Source: an uncultured Eubacteriales bacterium | GTDB taxonomy: Bacteria; Bacillota; Clostridia; Oscillospirales; CAG-272 | Assembly (NCBI GenBank): GCA_934446065.1 | Contig: CAKSDP010000030.1 | Coordinates: forward strand, 1-18,730 | Direction: 5' to 3' | DNA length: 18,730 bases | Shown: in pieces, positions 16,827 to 18,730 of the stretch | Layout of the letters: the number at the start of each line of letters is the position of its first letter | Numbering within the stretch: the stretch's first letter is position 1 | Position numbers and translations under genes: made by a program | Notes under the pieces: model-generated | Databases searched by the model: none | What the model was told of the DNA's origin: nothing | The model's input: only the letters and a program-made list of their open reading frames with translations

Positions 16827-16860
16827 GTCCGGGGAATTTACGACGAGTGATGACGAATAG

Positions 16861-17239
16861 GTTTTTCAGCAGGGGGACCTTTTTGAAAAAAGGCTCCCCC
16901 TGCACCCCTCCAAAAACTTTTGAACTAAACAAAATGGGTTTGTTGATCAAGTGAGTGCAGGATTTTAGTTTAGGCTCCCTTGTGTAAAAGGAGGCTTGGG
17001 TTTGTGCAAACTCCACGTCTGCGGCGGGAGCCGCGAGAGCGGAAACCGCTCACGTGCAATTTCCTGATAGTTTGGATAAACTAAAACGTGGGATACCGCT
17101 CGGTTTCACCTGAAGCTTATATCTTGCACAAACCAATTAAAATGTACCCAGTATAAAGTTCTTTTGGTTCTTTTCTTTCAAGAAAAGAACTCGTTTCCTT
17201 TTCACGAAAAAGTGGCTCGTTCCCTTTACCCCGTCCCCA
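16861..17239. repeat. Copy D of the modular intergenic repeat (order H1, L, P, S, T, Q, Q; no H2), lying between the dnaA stop and the oriC box cluster
   Basis: Modules are H1 16869..16903, P 16973..16995 (one stem mutation, aaaaggagg) and S core 16999..17134 with a perfect 11-bp closing inverted repeat. Q is at 17167..17190 (gttcttttc-tttcaa-gaaaagaac), with a weaker second hairpin near 17197..17212. The copy abuts the dnaA stop at 17240. Confidence 0.92.
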
Positions 17240-18730
17240 TCAAATTACATCTTCAATAGCCTTGATGTCAGATTCAAAGAAACGGTCAGTCTCAAGACGC
17301 GCCTCAGCCGCAACACAGTTGCTGTGAACAGTCGAGTGATTGCGCCCGCCGAAAATCTTGCCGATCTCGCTCAGGGAAAGCGGCGTGTGATTGCGAATCA
17401 GGAACATCGCAGTGTTGCGCGCTTCCTTGATGCTCTTCTCGCGGCTCGCCCCCTTGATGTCATCTTCGGATATACCGAAGTGCTTCGATACCGCCGTGAT
17501 TATCCTGTCAGCAGTCTCCTCGGGCGACCCGTCTTCTTTCAGAAATTCCGGTACGTGATTCTTTATCGTAGCAATCGTCGGCAGCTCGCCGTTCAGATAG
17601 TATACCGCCGAAAGCTTCTTTATGACTCCCTCAATCTGACGAATGTTCGCGCTCACACTCTCCGCCAGAAATTTCTCAACATCCGGACTAAGATAAAGCC
17701 CCATCGTCTCAGCCTTCTTGCGCATTATAGCAAGCCTGAGATCGTAGTCCGGCGCCTGTATGTCAGCAAGCAGCCCCGATTCAAAACGGCTCCGTATGCG
17801 CGCCTCAAGCGTCGGCATGTCCTTCGGCGGCCTGTCCGACGATACAACTATCTGCTTGTGATCCTCAAACAAAGCGTTGAACGTGTGGAAGAATTCCTCC
17901 TGAATCGCGTTTCTGCCCGATATGAAATGTACGTCGTCAATGAGCAGCATGTCCACCGTCCGGTATTTCTCGCGGAACGCAACACCGCCGTATTTCTTCG
18001 ACATACTCTCGATCAGCTGGTTTGCAAACGTCTCACCCTTCACATACGTGATCTTCATGTCCGGGTTCCGCTCAAGCGCCGCGTTCGTTATCGCGTACAT
18101 AAGGTGAGTCTTTCCGACTCCGCTCGGCCCGTAAATGAAAAAAGGATTGTATTTGTCTGCCGGATTCGCCGCAACCGCGCGAGCTGCCGCGTGAGCAAGC
18201 GTGTTCGACGCGCCGACAACGAAATTGTCAAACGTGTAGTCGGGATTGTACGTCAAACGCTCCTTGCCTGACGCAGACGTCGTCATGAAATCGGGATCGT
18301 CGCCGTCTGCCTCGGAATCAATCGTCTCCTCGTCCTTTTCAGCGCTCTCCTCGTCGTCACCGGCCGTCTCAAGAGCCTTTTTCGCTGCAATATTGCGCTT
18401 GGCAAGCTCCACCGGGGATTCCGTGACGTTCTCACCCTCAAGCTCCACCGGTACGTACCCGGACTCGTCAAAAACGATCTCCACCTCGGGAGAGTAACCG
18501 ATGACGCGCTCGAGATGGCGCTCGAGCAGATCGGAGTAGCGGTTCTTTATGGTGTCGTATTTGAATTTGGTTGCAACAGTAAATAAAGCTTTTTCGGAGG
18601 TAAGCTCTGCGAGCTTTATGTCCGAAAACCATAGGTTGAGCGCTGTGTCGGACAGCTCGTGCGAGTCCTCGATCGACTGGCGCACAAGATCCCAGACAAC
18701 ATCAAAATCAGCTTTTGCACGTTCAGCCAT
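17240..18730 (-). CDS. dnaA: Chromosomal replication initiator protein DnaA
   Basis: 496 aa. It has the Walker A FIYGPSGVGKTHL, the LLIDDVHF box, sensor motifs, and a C-terminal HTH region (SREKSIKEARNTAMFLIRNHT..SLSEIGKIFGGRNHSTV). The ATG is the last three bases of the window (18730..18728). Confidence 0.97.
   Translation of the reverse strand: MAERAKADFDVVWDLVRQSIEDSHELSDTALNLWFSDIKLAELTSEKALFTVATKFKYDTIKNRYSDLLERHLERVIGYSPEVEIVFDESGYVPVELEGENVTESPVELAKRNIAAKKALETAGDDEESAEKDEETIDSEADGDDPDFMTTSASGKERLTYNPDYTFDNFVVGASNTLAHAAARAVAANPADKYNPFFIYGPSGVGKTHLMYAITNAALERNPDMKITYVKGETFANQLIESMSKKYGGVAFREKYRTVDMLLIDDVHFISGRNAIQEEFFHTFNALFEDHKQIVVSSDRPPKDMPTLEARIRSRFESGLLADIQAPDYDLRLAIMRKKAETMGLYLSPDVEKFLAESVSANIRQIEGVIKKLSAVYYLNGELPTIATIKNHVPEFLKEDGSPEETADRIITAVSKHFGISEDDIKGASREKSIKEARNTAMFLIRNHTPLSLSEIGKIFGGRNHSTVHSNCVAAEARLETDRFFESDIKAIEDVI

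Larger units (their letters stand above)
16378..16860. other. Chromosomal replication origin segment (dnaA-dnaN intergenic oriC)
   Basis: Its position between dnaA and dnaN is the classic Firmicutes oriC location. It contains an A+T-rich tract, TAG triplets next to a G run, and clustered 9-mer boxes (see the sub-features). The ORFs predicted here (16358..16816 minus, 16475..16954 plus) lack Shine-Dalgarno sites and family resemblance. Confidence 0.75.

Noticed and set aside
16358-16954. 152-aa minus-strand and 159-aa plus-strand ORFs across the dnaA-dnaN spacer.
   Set aside because: The region has origin features (A+T tract, TAG triplets, repeated boxes). The ORFs have no Shine-Dalgarno, are basic low-complexity sequences, and overlap the dnaN start or repeat copy D.
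17070-17082. Near-canonical DnaA box TTATCCAAA (minus strand) inside repeat copy D.
   Set aside because: The site degrades in copy C (TTATCCGAA), copy B (GTATCCAAA) and copy A, so it appears to be a chance feature of the S core rather than a conserved DnaA site. It is kept only as a note under the oriC findings.

Overview
Replication-origin neighbourhood of a moderately GC-rich, Firmicutes/Clostridia-like chromosome. All genes are on the minus strand: dnaA, oriC, dnaN, remB-like DUF370, gyrB, gyrA, lipoprotein, membrane protein, rbfA, nrnA-like DHH phosphoesterase, truB, a ParE/GyrB-like topoisomerase B subunit, ThuA-domain protein, DUF1934 protein, holA, DUF559 endonuclease. The coding content is ordinary housekeeping. 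The unusual part is non-coding. Five co-oriented copies of a modular, hairpin-rich repeat of about 0.4 kb fill the gaps after holA, rbfA, gyrB, remB and dnaA (1..627, 7305..7700, 12102..12498, 14488..14914, 16861..17239). Module order and number differ between copies. Four copies carry a ~135-nt core closed by an 11-bp inverted repeat, and the fifth lacks exactly that core. The fifth copy instead holds a 480-bp cassette: a DUF559 (Vsr-like) endonuclease gene between ~47-bp terminal inverted repeats that each contain the family's own P hairpin. I could not match the family to any RNA or mobile-element class from memory, and no database search was possible. Other observations: a dnaA-dnaN oriC with an A+T-rich unwinding element, four tandem TAG DnaA-trio-like triplets, repeated TTTTCAACA boxes and three TGTCGAA (Spo0A 0A-box) motifs; Gly at the GyrA quinolone-resistance position equivalent to E. 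coli Asp87; a 39-bp tandem repeat downstream of gyrA; an orphan second type IIA B subunit; and no recF or yaaA between dnaN and gyrB.
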